Of a stretch of 64,000 bases of DNA, positions 17,996 through 25,863 are shown in pieces (within the stretch, counting starts at the first letter, position 1; each line of letters starts with the position of its first letter). The DNA comes from an uncultured Bacilli bacterium (GTDB taxonomy: Bacteria; Bacillota_I; Bacilli_A; RF39; UBA660), in contig CALVYA010000005.1 in NCBI GenBank assembly GCA_944371905.1, positions 7,728 to 71,727 of the forward strand, read 5' to 3'. Under the pieces are notes generated by a model. It ran no database searches. It saw nothing but the letters and a program-made list of their open reading frames with translations, and was not told the origin of the DNA. The translations under genes and the position numbers were made by a program.

Positions 17996-19033
17996 ATGAA
18001 AAATATAAAAAATTTTATTAAGAATAATAAGGCATTATCAATATTATTGTTTACATTATTGATTGTTGCTTTTATAATTGCAGCTTCATATGTATCAAAT
18101 AGTAATAATATATTAAGTAATAGTGAAAGTAGTATAATTAATTATGAAGATGATTATTATTGGATTTCAACAGATGATTATTTTTATGATGAAAAAAAAG
18201 ATTTAATCATTTCTAATACTGCATATGCTTTTAAATTTTTAGATAATAATAAATGTTATATTGCTACAATAAATGGTGATACAATTTATGACAATAATCA
18301 AGTGTATTATAAATTTAAAAAATACAAATCAGCTTTAATAGAAAAGCAAGGAGTTTGGCTTTCTAATTTGGAAGAATGTTCTTATCAAATAAATGATAAT
18401 CACATATACATAAACCCACTTAATGATGATGTAACATTATTTAATGGTGAAATTTTCAAAGACAAAGATAAAATAGAAATAATTTGGAATGGTGATAATA
18501 GAAAGACAACGTATTATAACATAAAAATTGAAAATAATATTTTATTTAGTTACACATTTTTTTTGGAATATGATGATATTTATGAATATGAAGTTTTTGA
18601 TTATGACTTTGATTCACATATTAGAAAACCTGATGATGGAATTGATTATGGAATTAGAATTGACGAAATAATCAAGCCTATATTGTTAGAACAAAATTTA
18701 GATATAAGTGTAGATGAATTTTGGAGGTTCAATTCAACAATGTTGAATTCTGATTCTTTGGAATATAATGCATTTTTTAGTGGTAGTTTATATAGTTATG
18801 GTTCATATAGTAAAATTGGACTTAGATCACCGGGAATTGAACAGGCCCGGGGAAAAGTATTAAAATTATATGCCCCAAGGAGAAAGTTAACAAGAGAAGA
18901 AGTTATTGAAAAAATTTCTAATGAAACAAATATTACATATGAAAATATAGTTGTTCCTGATACTATAAAGTATTTGGAAAATGCAACTATTTATATAACC
19001 TCAATGGATGTTCTAAGAGATTACATATATTAA
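17996..19033 (+). CDS. Membrane-anchored (N-terminal TM/signal anchor) protein of unknown function, Asn/Asp/Tyr-rich ectodomain
   Basis: 345 aa with an N-terminal ...ALSILLFTLLIVAFIIAASYV... anchor. No recognisable motif. Confidence 0.6.
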   Translation: MKNIKNFIKNNKALSILLFTLLIVAFIIAASYVSNSNNILSNSESSIINYEDDYYWISTDDYFYDEKKDLIISNTAYAFKFLDNNKCYIATINGDTIYDNNQVYYKFKKYKSALIEKQGVWLSNLEECSYQINDNHIYINPLNDDVTLFNGEIFKDKDKIEIIWNGDNRKTTYYNIKIENNILFSYTFFLEYDDIYEYEVFDYDFDSHIRKPDDGIDYGIRIDEIIKPILLEQNLDISVDEFWRFNSTMLNSDSLEYNAFFSGSLYSYGSYSKIGLRSPGIEQARGKVLKLYAPRRKLTREEVIEKISNETNITYENIVVPDTIKYLENATIYITSMDVLRDYIY

Positions 19034-19044
19034 AAAGCGATAGA

Positions 19045-20130
19045 TTAACAACTGTCGCTTTTATTTAATTCACAATCTAACTGTCGCTTATACTTTTCAA
19101 GGTCCCTTTTCTTAGATTTATCTTTTGGCCCAAGATGTTCAACATTATAAATTAATGTTTTATTCTTACTTTTATAGATATTATTCACAAGATAGTCATA
19201 TGTTTCTCGTTTCGTATTTTCATAATTTTTGACACTTTCGTCTCTGTTAATTTTTTTGCATTTATCGCAAAGAAGTTTTTTGTATTTAGATATATAATTG
19301 CTTGAGACTATAACCTCTTTGCTTAAAGTAGAAAGACATTTGTGACACTTTGCAAATACTATCCATTTGTGTTGCAACTCTTCTTCAATTTTAACATAAG
19401 TTATAGATGATGCAATATTATTGAGTAAAGTTTCATAAGGAAAAGTAAATAGATTAGTTACATATCTTATTGGAATAAGGTTTTCATCATCTAAATTTTT
19501 AGTTATCACAGTTTTGTATCTACCGAGGTTAGCCCTTCCATTAATGTTATCTAAAAAATCAACAATTTTAGTAAGAACATCATAAGTCAAATCATCATCT
19601 TCAATTTCAATGGCCTGATATAATGTTTTATAATCTTCATAATTTGATGCTAAGTCTGTATATGCAAAATTTATTATATAAATCATAATAATATTATTAA
19701 CTAATTCGTGAACAGATATATTATCTTCTAAGTATTCACTATTATTTCTTTCTATAGAGTAGATAGGAATATTATAATTTGATATGAATTCTATACATAA
19801 AGGTAAAACTGCCTTTATTTTTTTATTGATTGTTTCATTACTTACAAAATCTTGGGTTAAATCCTTATATGTTCCATTATTAAAAATAGGTTTTAAGGAG
19901 TCTTTGAATAATAAATAAAATTTTTCACCTAGTGTTAATATATCTTCAAACAATTTATATTCATCTAATTCCCCATAAGATAATTCGCTTGGATCATATT
20001 TTGTGTTCTTTATATAGCAGTAATCACCATTATAATATGTAGTAAAATCCCAATTATCATAAAACTTACCAAAACAGACTTTGCAAGACTTATCGACATG
20101 ATTTTCATTATAAATAATTTTATATTTCAT
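19045..20130 (-). CDS. Hypothetical protein with N- and C-terminal CxxC pairs (zinc-ribbon-like)
   Basis: 361 aa. CKVC near the N-terminus, then CHKC...(23 aa)...CDKC near the C-terminus. Convergent with the 17996 gene. Confidence 0.6.
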   Translation of the reverse strand: MKYKIIYNENHVDKSCKVCFGKFYDNWDFTTYYNGDYCYIKNTKYDPSELSYGELDEYKLFEDILTLGEKFYLLFKDSLKPIFNNGTYKDLTQDFVSNETINKKIKAVLPLCIEFISNYNIPIYSIERNNSEYLEDNISVHELVNNIIMIYIINFAYTDLASNYEDYKTLYQAIEIEDDDLTYDVLTKIVDFLDNINGRANLGRYKTVITKNLDDENLIPIRYVTNLFTFPYETLLNNIASSITYVKIEEELQHKWIVFAKCHKCLSTLSKEVIVSSNYISKYKKLLCDKCKKINRDESVKNYENTKRETYDYLVNNIYKSKNKTLIYNVEHLGPKDKSKKRDLEKYKRQLDCELNKSDSC

Positions 20131-20263
20131 ATATTATCCACCTGATTTCATCTGATAATTTCTTTTTATGATTATAACACAAAACGATATATAATGGAAC
20201 AACAGAAGCAGAAAAAGGCCTGAAAGATTTCAATTCTACTTCTAAAAAGAAAGGAAAATAAAT

Positions 20264-21121
20264 ATGAAAGATAAACAAAGATATTTTTTTACGGTTCATG
20301 ATGAATTATTCTTTGATTTAATTGTTCCTGATGAATCATTAAAAACAAAAGAAAAAAAAGCGAGGGTTGCACTTACAAATAAAACACAGATGTTTACCGT
20401 TCATGAATTGATATTGTGGACTATATTGGTGGATTTTAAATTGAAGAACCCAAGCAATTGTTTTGCAATATCATTAAGTTATATTCATAAAAAATATAGA
20501 GAAAAGAGAACTGGAAAAACAGAAGTTATGAGTAAATCAGACCTAGATGCATATATGAATGCATTAAATGGTTTACAAAGAAAAAGAATAAATCTTAAAA
20601 TTAGTAATACAAGAGTACGTTATCATCTAAATCATAAAGAAATTACAAATGGAAGAATATTTAAAATCACAAATATTACAGGTAAGCAAAACGGGGATTT
20701 AATATTTGAATATACATTGGGAGAGTATGGTGAAATAATATCAAAAAGTAAAAGATATTCAGATATGCTTCCTATAGACATATTAAAGATTCCATATAAG
20801 CAAAATATGAAACTTTATATTGCAATGTATATAGCTAGATTGGTTTTTATAAACAAAAAAAGAAATTTAAACGAATTTATTATTACAACTGAAAGTATTA
20901 TGAAAAAAATAAGATTGCATGATAGCAACGGAATTGATATCGGTAAAAATCTCTATGAACTTACTAAGGAAAACAATATTACTAAATATTCAAAATTAAA
21001 AATATTCAATAATTATTTAAATGATGTATTAGAGATGCTTAAGAAAAATGGGACTATATATAATTATGATACGTCATTAGAGGATGGTAGAAAATGTCAT
21101 ATTGATTTAAAAATTAAGTAA
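20264..21121 (+). CDS. Hypothetical protein; by position a candidate replication initiator
   Basis: 285-aa basic protein directly upstream of the DnaB-like gene. AAAGGAAA RBS. No motif recognised. Confidence 0.3.
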   Translation: MKDKQRYFFTVHDELFFDLIVPDESLKTKEKKARVALTNKTQMFTVHELILWTILVDFKLKNPSNCFAISLSYIHKKYREKRTGKTEVMSKSDLDAYMNALNGLQRKRINLKISNTRVRYHLNHKEITNGRIFKITNITGKQNGDLIFEYTLGEYGEIISKSKRYSDMLPIDILKIPYKQNMKLYIAMYIARLVFINKKRNLNEFIITTESIMKKIRLHDSNGIDIGKNLYELTKENNITKYSKLKIFNNYLNDVLEMLKKNGTIYNYDTSLEDGRKCHIDLKIK

Positions 21122-21197
21122 TTACATTAAAAAAAATTCTACTTAAAAAAGTAGATTATTAAAAAGTTCTTATAAATAAACGAAAAAAGGAGGGAGT

Positions 21198-21257
21198 ATG
21201 GGGGCTAATATATTAATATATAATTCATTAGAAAAAGTTAGCCCTCACAGAATATGA
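21198..21257 (+). CDS. 19-aa upstream ORF translationally coupled (ATGA) to the DnaB-like gene
   Basis: A strong AAGGAGGG RBS lies 5 nt upstream of ATG 21198. It encodes MGANILIYNSLEKVSPHRI. Its TGA (21255-57) overlaps ATG 21254, which has no SD of its own. Confidence 0.4.
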   Translation: MGANILIYNSLEKVSPHRI

Positions 21258-22840
21258 AAAATGAAGATAAAAACGTATTGGTAAAAAACATTATATATAG
21301 TAGAATTCTTCTAGCTGTTTCTTTAATAAAAAGTGAAAATAAAGAAGAATATTTAAAAAAAATATTAAACATAAAATTTTTAACGGATATTGAGAAATAT
21401 AAATGGGAATGTTTGTATAAGTGTTTCACACGTACTGGTAATATTTTAAAAGCAGATATTGTTAGAATTTTTAATTTAGACCAATTAAATATTGAATTTA
21501 TAAATAAATTATTATCTTGTGATGATAATGATGAGATTGATAGTTATTTTAAAATTTATGAAAATGTTATGAAATATACTGATTTATTTTATACATTAGG
21601 TAATCTAAGGAAGAAATTATTTAACGAAGGAATATTTGATGGGAATGAAATCATACAAAAAATGCATAACATAACAAATGCAAAATCAGTAAATGTAGAT
21701 ATTTTAACTAATTTGGAAAATATTTACGATGAAGCTATTGATATGACTAAAATATCAACTTGTATTAAACAAATTGATGATCTTAATGCTGAATTTAGAA
21801 AAGGAACTGTTAATGCAGTAATGGGATATACTGGTTCATATAAAACATTGTACTGTACCAATGTTTGTTATGGGGCTATAAAAAAAGGAATTAATACCTG
21901 TTATGTATCATTGGAAATAAGTACAAGTGAGATGTATTATAATTTCCTATCTAGATATTCAAATGAGGCAATATTTGATAGAAAAATATGTCATACGGAT
22001 ATAAAATTTAAGGAATTATCAGATGATGATAAAAACTATTTGTTTCATACTATAGTACCATCATTTAAAGAGGAATTATCAAAACATTTAGTTGTTATTG
22101 ATGAAACTAACTTTAGTTCAAACACATTGACAACGTTTGATGATATTTTTAGTACAGTTGAGACAAATTTTATTAAAACTACTGGAAGAGGCGTTGATTT
22201 AGTAGTTATAGATCATTTAAATCTACTTAAATTTAGTGATTCTAGTGGTATGAATGACTATAGCAAGGTTAATCATTGGATGTCATATTTTAGAAGAAAT
22301 TGTATGAATTTTCTAAAAAAACATAAACAAGTGTGTATTTTAGTTGCAGTTCAATGCAGTAGAGATGGTTATGAAAGAGCCAAAAGAAATGGAGGAACTT
22401 ACTCATTAACAGGCGTGGCAGAAGCTAACGAAGTTGAAAGAGCATCAGAAAATGTTCTTGCTATCTATTCTGATTGTAGTTTAAAAGAACATTTAAAAGC
22501 AAAAATACAAATAATAAAAGGAAGAAATTGTGGTGAAACGAGTACTCCACTAATGATATCAGTAAATCCTAAATACTATATTGTTTCAGATAATGATGAA
22601 GATGAAGAAAATTTAGATAATGACTTGACAGATGTAACAGCTATTAATAAAAAAGTAAATTTAAACGATAAAAAGGCAGACGAAACAACTATTATTCAAA
22701 ATGAAGATAGTAATATTAATTTTAGCACATTAATGTCTATGGATAACTCAATGAGTAGTACTAATTTGAATATTCCACCTGAGAAAGCTGAAATTTTGGA
22801 AAAACTTGGAGTGCATTTTCTAAAAAATCAGAATCAGTAA
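21254..22840 (+). CDS. DnaB-family replicative-helicase-like ATPase with a non-canonical N-terminal region
   Basis: GYTGSYKT (deviant Walker A), VSLEISTSEMYYNFLSRY, LVVIDHLNLLK, and VAVQCSRDGYERAKRNGG are collinear with DnaB C-terminal domain motifs. Asp/Asn-rich tail. Confidence 0.65.
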   Translation: MKNEDKNVLVKNIIYSRILLAVSLIKSENKEEYLKKILNIKFLTDIEKYKWECLYKCFTRTGNILKADIVRIFNLDQLNIEFINKLLSCDDNDEIDSYFKIYENVMKYTDLFYTLGNLRKKLFNEGIFDGNEIIQKMHNITNAKSVNVDILTNLENIYDEAIDMTKISTCIKQIDDLNAEFRKGTVNAVMGYTGSYKTLYCTNVCYGAIKKGINTCYVSLEISTSEMYYNFLSRYSNEAIFDRKICHTDIKFKELSDDDKNYLFHTIVPSFKEELSKHLVVIDETNFSSNTLTTFDDIFSTVETNFIKTTGRGVDLVVIDHLNLLKFSDSSGMNDYSKVNHWMSYFRRNCMNFLKKHKQVCILVAVQCSRDGYERAKRNGGTYSLTGVAEANEVERASENVLAIYSDCSLKEHLKAKIQIIKGRNCGETSTPLMISVNPKYYIVSDNDEDEENLDNDLTDVTAINKKVNLNDKKADETTIIQNEDSNINFSTLMSMDNSMSSTNLNIPPEKAEILEKLGVHFLKNQNQ

Positions 22841-22883
22841 ATTTAATCAAAATAAAATAGTAGAATAAAGGAGGAAAAATTTT

Positions 22884-23078
22884 ATGAATAACATTAATAT
22901 GGTATATTCTCCAAAAGAAATTCAAAAAATGTTGGGAATTGGAAAAGAAAGCGTATATGAATTTCTTGAAGAAGTTTATAAAAACAAGAAACCATTTATG
23001 GTTATAAAGATTGGTAAATTATATAAAATACCAAAAGAGCCATTTAATCGTTGGTTAAATGGAGAAACAAATGCCTAA
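22884..23078 (+). CDS. Excisionase-family (MerR-like) HTH DNA-binding protein
   Basis: 64 aa; ...SPKEIQKMLGIGKESVYEFLE...IKIGKLYKIPKEPFNRWL.... AAGGAGG RBS. Directly upstream of the integrases. Confidence 0.75.
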   Translation: MNNINMVYSPKEIQKMLGIGKESVYEFLEEVYKNKKPFMVIKIGKLYKIPKEPFNRWLNGETNA

Positions 23079-23106
23079 ATAGTACATAAAGTTAGGAGGT
23101 AGTACT

Positions 23107-24285
23107 ATGAGTGTAAATAAAATTGGAAATGCTTTCTTTGAAAGAGGTTCGTGGTACCATCGTACCAAAACTTTATGTGATAATGGTACGACAAAATATG
23201 GTAAACTTGGAGGATTTACTACCCCAGAAGAAGCTGAAACAAGTTATAAAAAACATGAAGAAGAATATCAAAAACTTAAGCGTGAATATTGGCTAATTAA
23301 GGAAAATCAAGAAATAATGTTTAAAGATTATATTGTATACTGGTTTGAAAATATGTATTTAGAAAGAACTGAAACTACAACTCAAAGTTTAGGAGCATAT
23401 GCAATATATAATTTAATTATTCCAAATATTGAATATGATATTAAATTAAGGCAAGTTACTACTTCATATTTAGATCAAATTATAAATGCTTGTTCTAAAA
23501 TGACAAAATCTAGTGGTGAATTAAGTAGATTTATAATCTATTTATCTCTAAGGGATGCTGTATCTAATGGTTTCATTAGTTTTAACCCTGCTAAAGATAC
23601 TAAAGCATATCCTAGACCTAAACCAAATATAAGAATATTAAGTGAAAATGATATAAAAAAATTACTGGATAATGCACAATATACAAATTGGTATTTAGAG
23701 TTACTGTTGGGATTATTTTGTGGTTTAAGAAAAGGTGAAATATTAGGACTTAAAGTATCTGATTTTAATATTGAAAATAGAACATTGAGTATATCTAGGC
23801 AACTAGTAAACGATGTTAAATTGGAAAAAGGAACTAATAAAGTTATATCAAGTAAAATTGTTGAAAGACCACCAAAAACTGAAAATAGTTATAGAACTAT
23901 TAGAGTTCCTGATATAATTATCGATGAGTATAAAAAAAGGCTTCAGCTAATAAATAAATATAAATTACAATATAAGGAAAAGTATATAGATAACAAATAT
24001 ATTTCTTGTACTAAATATGGAAAAAACCATGCTTTAAGTTCCCTTAATGGGATTTTAACAAAATTATGTAAGAAAGCAAGTATTCCAAAAGTTACTGTGC
24101 ATAGTTTAAGACACACATTTGCCACAATTTTGTTGGAGCAAGGTGTATCGTTAGAACAGATATCTGCTTTACTAGGACATAGTTCTATACATACAACTTA
24201 TGAATATTATTGTGAAGTTATTTCAGAAAAAGAAAAAATATTATCTTATATTAATGATGTTTTTAGCGTCGAAAAGGAGTTATAG
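23107..24285 (+). CDS. Tyrosine integrase with an N-terminal Arm (AP2-like) DNA-binding domain
   Basis: N-terminus ...FERGSWYHRTKT...GKLGGFTTPEEAETSY.... Catalytic motifs GLRKGEILGLKVSD, HSLRHTFAT, LGHSSIHTTYEYY. Confidence 0.9.
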   Translation: MSVNKIGNAFFERGSWYHRTKTLCDNGTTKYGKLGGFTTPEEAETSYKKHEEEYQKLKREYWLIKENQEIMFKDYIVYWFENMYLERTETTTQSLGAYAIYNLIIPNIEYDIKLRQVTTSYLDQIINACSKMTKSSGELSRFIIYLSLRDAVSNGFISFNPAKDTKAYPRPKPNIRILSENDIKKLLDNAQYTNWYLELLLGLFCGLRKGEILGLKVSDFNIENRTLSISRQLVNDVKLEKGTNKVISSKIVERPPKTENSYRTIRVPDIIIDEYKKRLQLINKYKLQYKEKYIDNKYISCTKYGKNHALSSLNGILTKLCKKASIPKVTVHSLRHTFATILLEQGVSLEQISALLGHSSIHTTYEYYCEVISEKEKILSYINDVFSVEKEL

Positions 24286-24287
24286 AT

Positions 24288-25577
24288 ATGAGTTTAATAT
24301 TAAGAAATGATACTTATATAAATTGGAAAATATATTCAGTTACTAGAATAAAAGGAAAATATGGTTTTAGAATAAAATTAGATTATAATAACGAAACAAT
24401 AGTTCAACAGAAATCAGGATTTAGTACAAAAAAAATGGCAGAAGAAAGAAGAAATACCGTTATTGCTGAATTAACTAATCATTCATATGTAATGTATTCT
24501 AATATCAAAATATCTGAATTTTATGACTATTGGTTAAATGAAGTTATGAAGCCCAAGATAGAATATAATAGTTACATGAGTTATAGAAATGCAATACATA
24601 ACTATATTATTAAAGAATATGGTAATTTAAAAATGACTACATTAAATCAATCTCATATTCAAAAGTTATATAATAGTGTTACTAAAAAGCATGTATCTAT
24701 TGCTAGGCTTGTTAAAACTATAATGAATAATAGTCTTGATTATGCAAAATCTATGAATATAGTTAGTGTTAATGTTGCTACTGATGTAGGATTGCCTAAA
24801 TGTGTCAAAAAGAAGGAATATAGAAAATTAAATATTGATAGTTCTAAAACTTATAATATAGAGCAAGTCAAACAATTACTGCAAGTTAGCAAGAATACTC
24901 CAATTTATTTAGAAATTATGTTTGCAGTATTAATGGGGATGAGAATTAGTGAAATAAATGCAATTAAATATAGTGACATTGATTATGTAAACAAAAGGTT
25001 ACATGCATCAATACAATTAGGAAAAGATTTAAGAATAGATCCTACCAACTTAAAGAAGAAAACCATTACAAAACAGGAAAAGAAGATGAAAACTAAAAAT
25101 AGTAAGCGATGGTTAGATATTCCTGATATATTATTTAATGCAATAATTGAACAAAGAGTAATATATGATAAAAACAAACGAAGAAGAATAAATGATAAGC
25201 ATAACCCATTTGTTGATGAAAATTATATTTGTTGTTCTACCTATGGACATTCAAGAAGCCGTGGCTTTCATTATAACTATTATAAAGAAATTATTAAGAG
25301 AGCCAATCTACCATATATACGATTTCACGATTTAAGACATACTTATACTACAATACTAGTTAAAGCTAATTTTAGTGTTAAAGCAATTTCACAAATTTTA
25401 GGGCATTCAAACGAAATAATTACTGTTGATGTTTATACTGATAAACTTCAAATAATTCAAGATTGTTTAGAATTGTTAAACCCGTATATAGAAAAAATAC
25501 TGCCGTCACGAAAAAATACAAAATTTATAGATTGTACAAAAGTACAACTAAATGATTATTTTTCTAAATTTGTTTAA
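24288..25577 (+). CDS. Second tyrosine integrase with an Arm-type N-terminus (tandem partner)
   Basis: N-terminus ...KGKYGFRIKLDYNNE...SGFSTKKMAEERRN.... Catalytic motifs GMRISEINAIKYSD, HDLRHTYTT, LGHSNEIITVDVYTD. Lies 2 nt after the previous stop. Confidence 0.9.
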   Translation: MSLILRNDTYINWKIYSVTRIKGKYGFRIKLDYNNETIVQQKSGFSTKKMAEERRNTVIAELTNHSYVMYSNIKISEFYDYWLNEVMKPKIEYNSYMSYRNAIHNYIIKEYGNLKMTTLNQSHIQKLYNSVTKKHVSIARLVKTIMNNSLDYAKSMNIVSVNVATDVGLPKCVKKKEYRKLNIDSSKTYNIEQVKQLLQVSKNTPIYLEIMFAVLMGMRISEINAIKYSDIDYVNKRLHASIQLGKDLRIDPTNLKKKTITKQEKKMKTKNSKRWLDIPDILFNAIIEQRVIYDKNKRRRINDKHNPFVDENYICCSTYGHSRSRGFHYNYYKEIIKRANLPYIRFHDLRHTYTTILVKANFSVKAISQILGHSNEIITVDVYTDKLQIIQDCLELLNPYIEKILPSRKNTKFIDCTKVQLNDYFSKFV

Positions 25578-25582
25578 ATATC

Positions 25583-25616
25583 GGGGAAGCATAAATGTGT
25601 TTCCTTGTTTTGTTAT
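25583..25616 (+). terminator. Candidate terminator after the integrase pair
   Basis: GGAAGC-ataaatgt-GTTTCC (with one G-T pair) followed by TTGTTTTGTT. Confidence 0.4.
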
Positions 25617-25712
25617 ACGAAAAATGGTAAAATATATATTGTTTGGATGACCTGTTTAATAAGATTTAGTTCTGACTAGTCTAATTGAATGTTAGAATGT
25701 CTTATTTAATAG

Positions 25713-25745
25713 ATTTGTGACTTTTGCTCGTGTAAATTCGTGTAA
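25713..25745 (+). repeat. Right-end copy of the 33-nt repeat with two TCGTGTAA motifs
   Basis: ATTTGTGACTTTTGCTCGTGTAAATTCGTGTAA; 29/33 identical to 10749-10781. Confidence 0.6.
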
Positions 25746-25784
25746 GCCCAGTATTAGCCATTAAAATAAAGTTTTGTTAATATG

Positions 25785-25821
25785 AATTACACGAATTTTA
25801 TTAAATAATTGCACGAATTTT
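25785..25821 (+). repeat. Two inverted copies of the same motif (AATTRCACGAATTTT) just upstream of the element-borne uvrB start
   Basis: AATTACACGAATTTT at 25785-99 and AATTGCACGAATTTT at 25807-21. Both contain the reverse complement of TTCGTG(T/C)AA. Confidence 0.6.
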
Positions 25822-25863
25822 TAGGTTAATACTAATCATAATAATAGAAAGGATGTGACAGCA

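Noticed and set aside
21238-21429. A 63-aa minus-strand ORF across the start of the DnaB-like gene.
   Set aside because: It has no RBS and is hydrophobic and low-complexity. It overlaps a supported plus-strand gene and the coupled uORF.
15338-25577. I considered a recombinase-in-trio (RIT) element.
   Set aside because: RIT elements carry three adjacent tyrosine recombinase genes. Here only two are adjacent and the third is 7 kb away in a separate unit.
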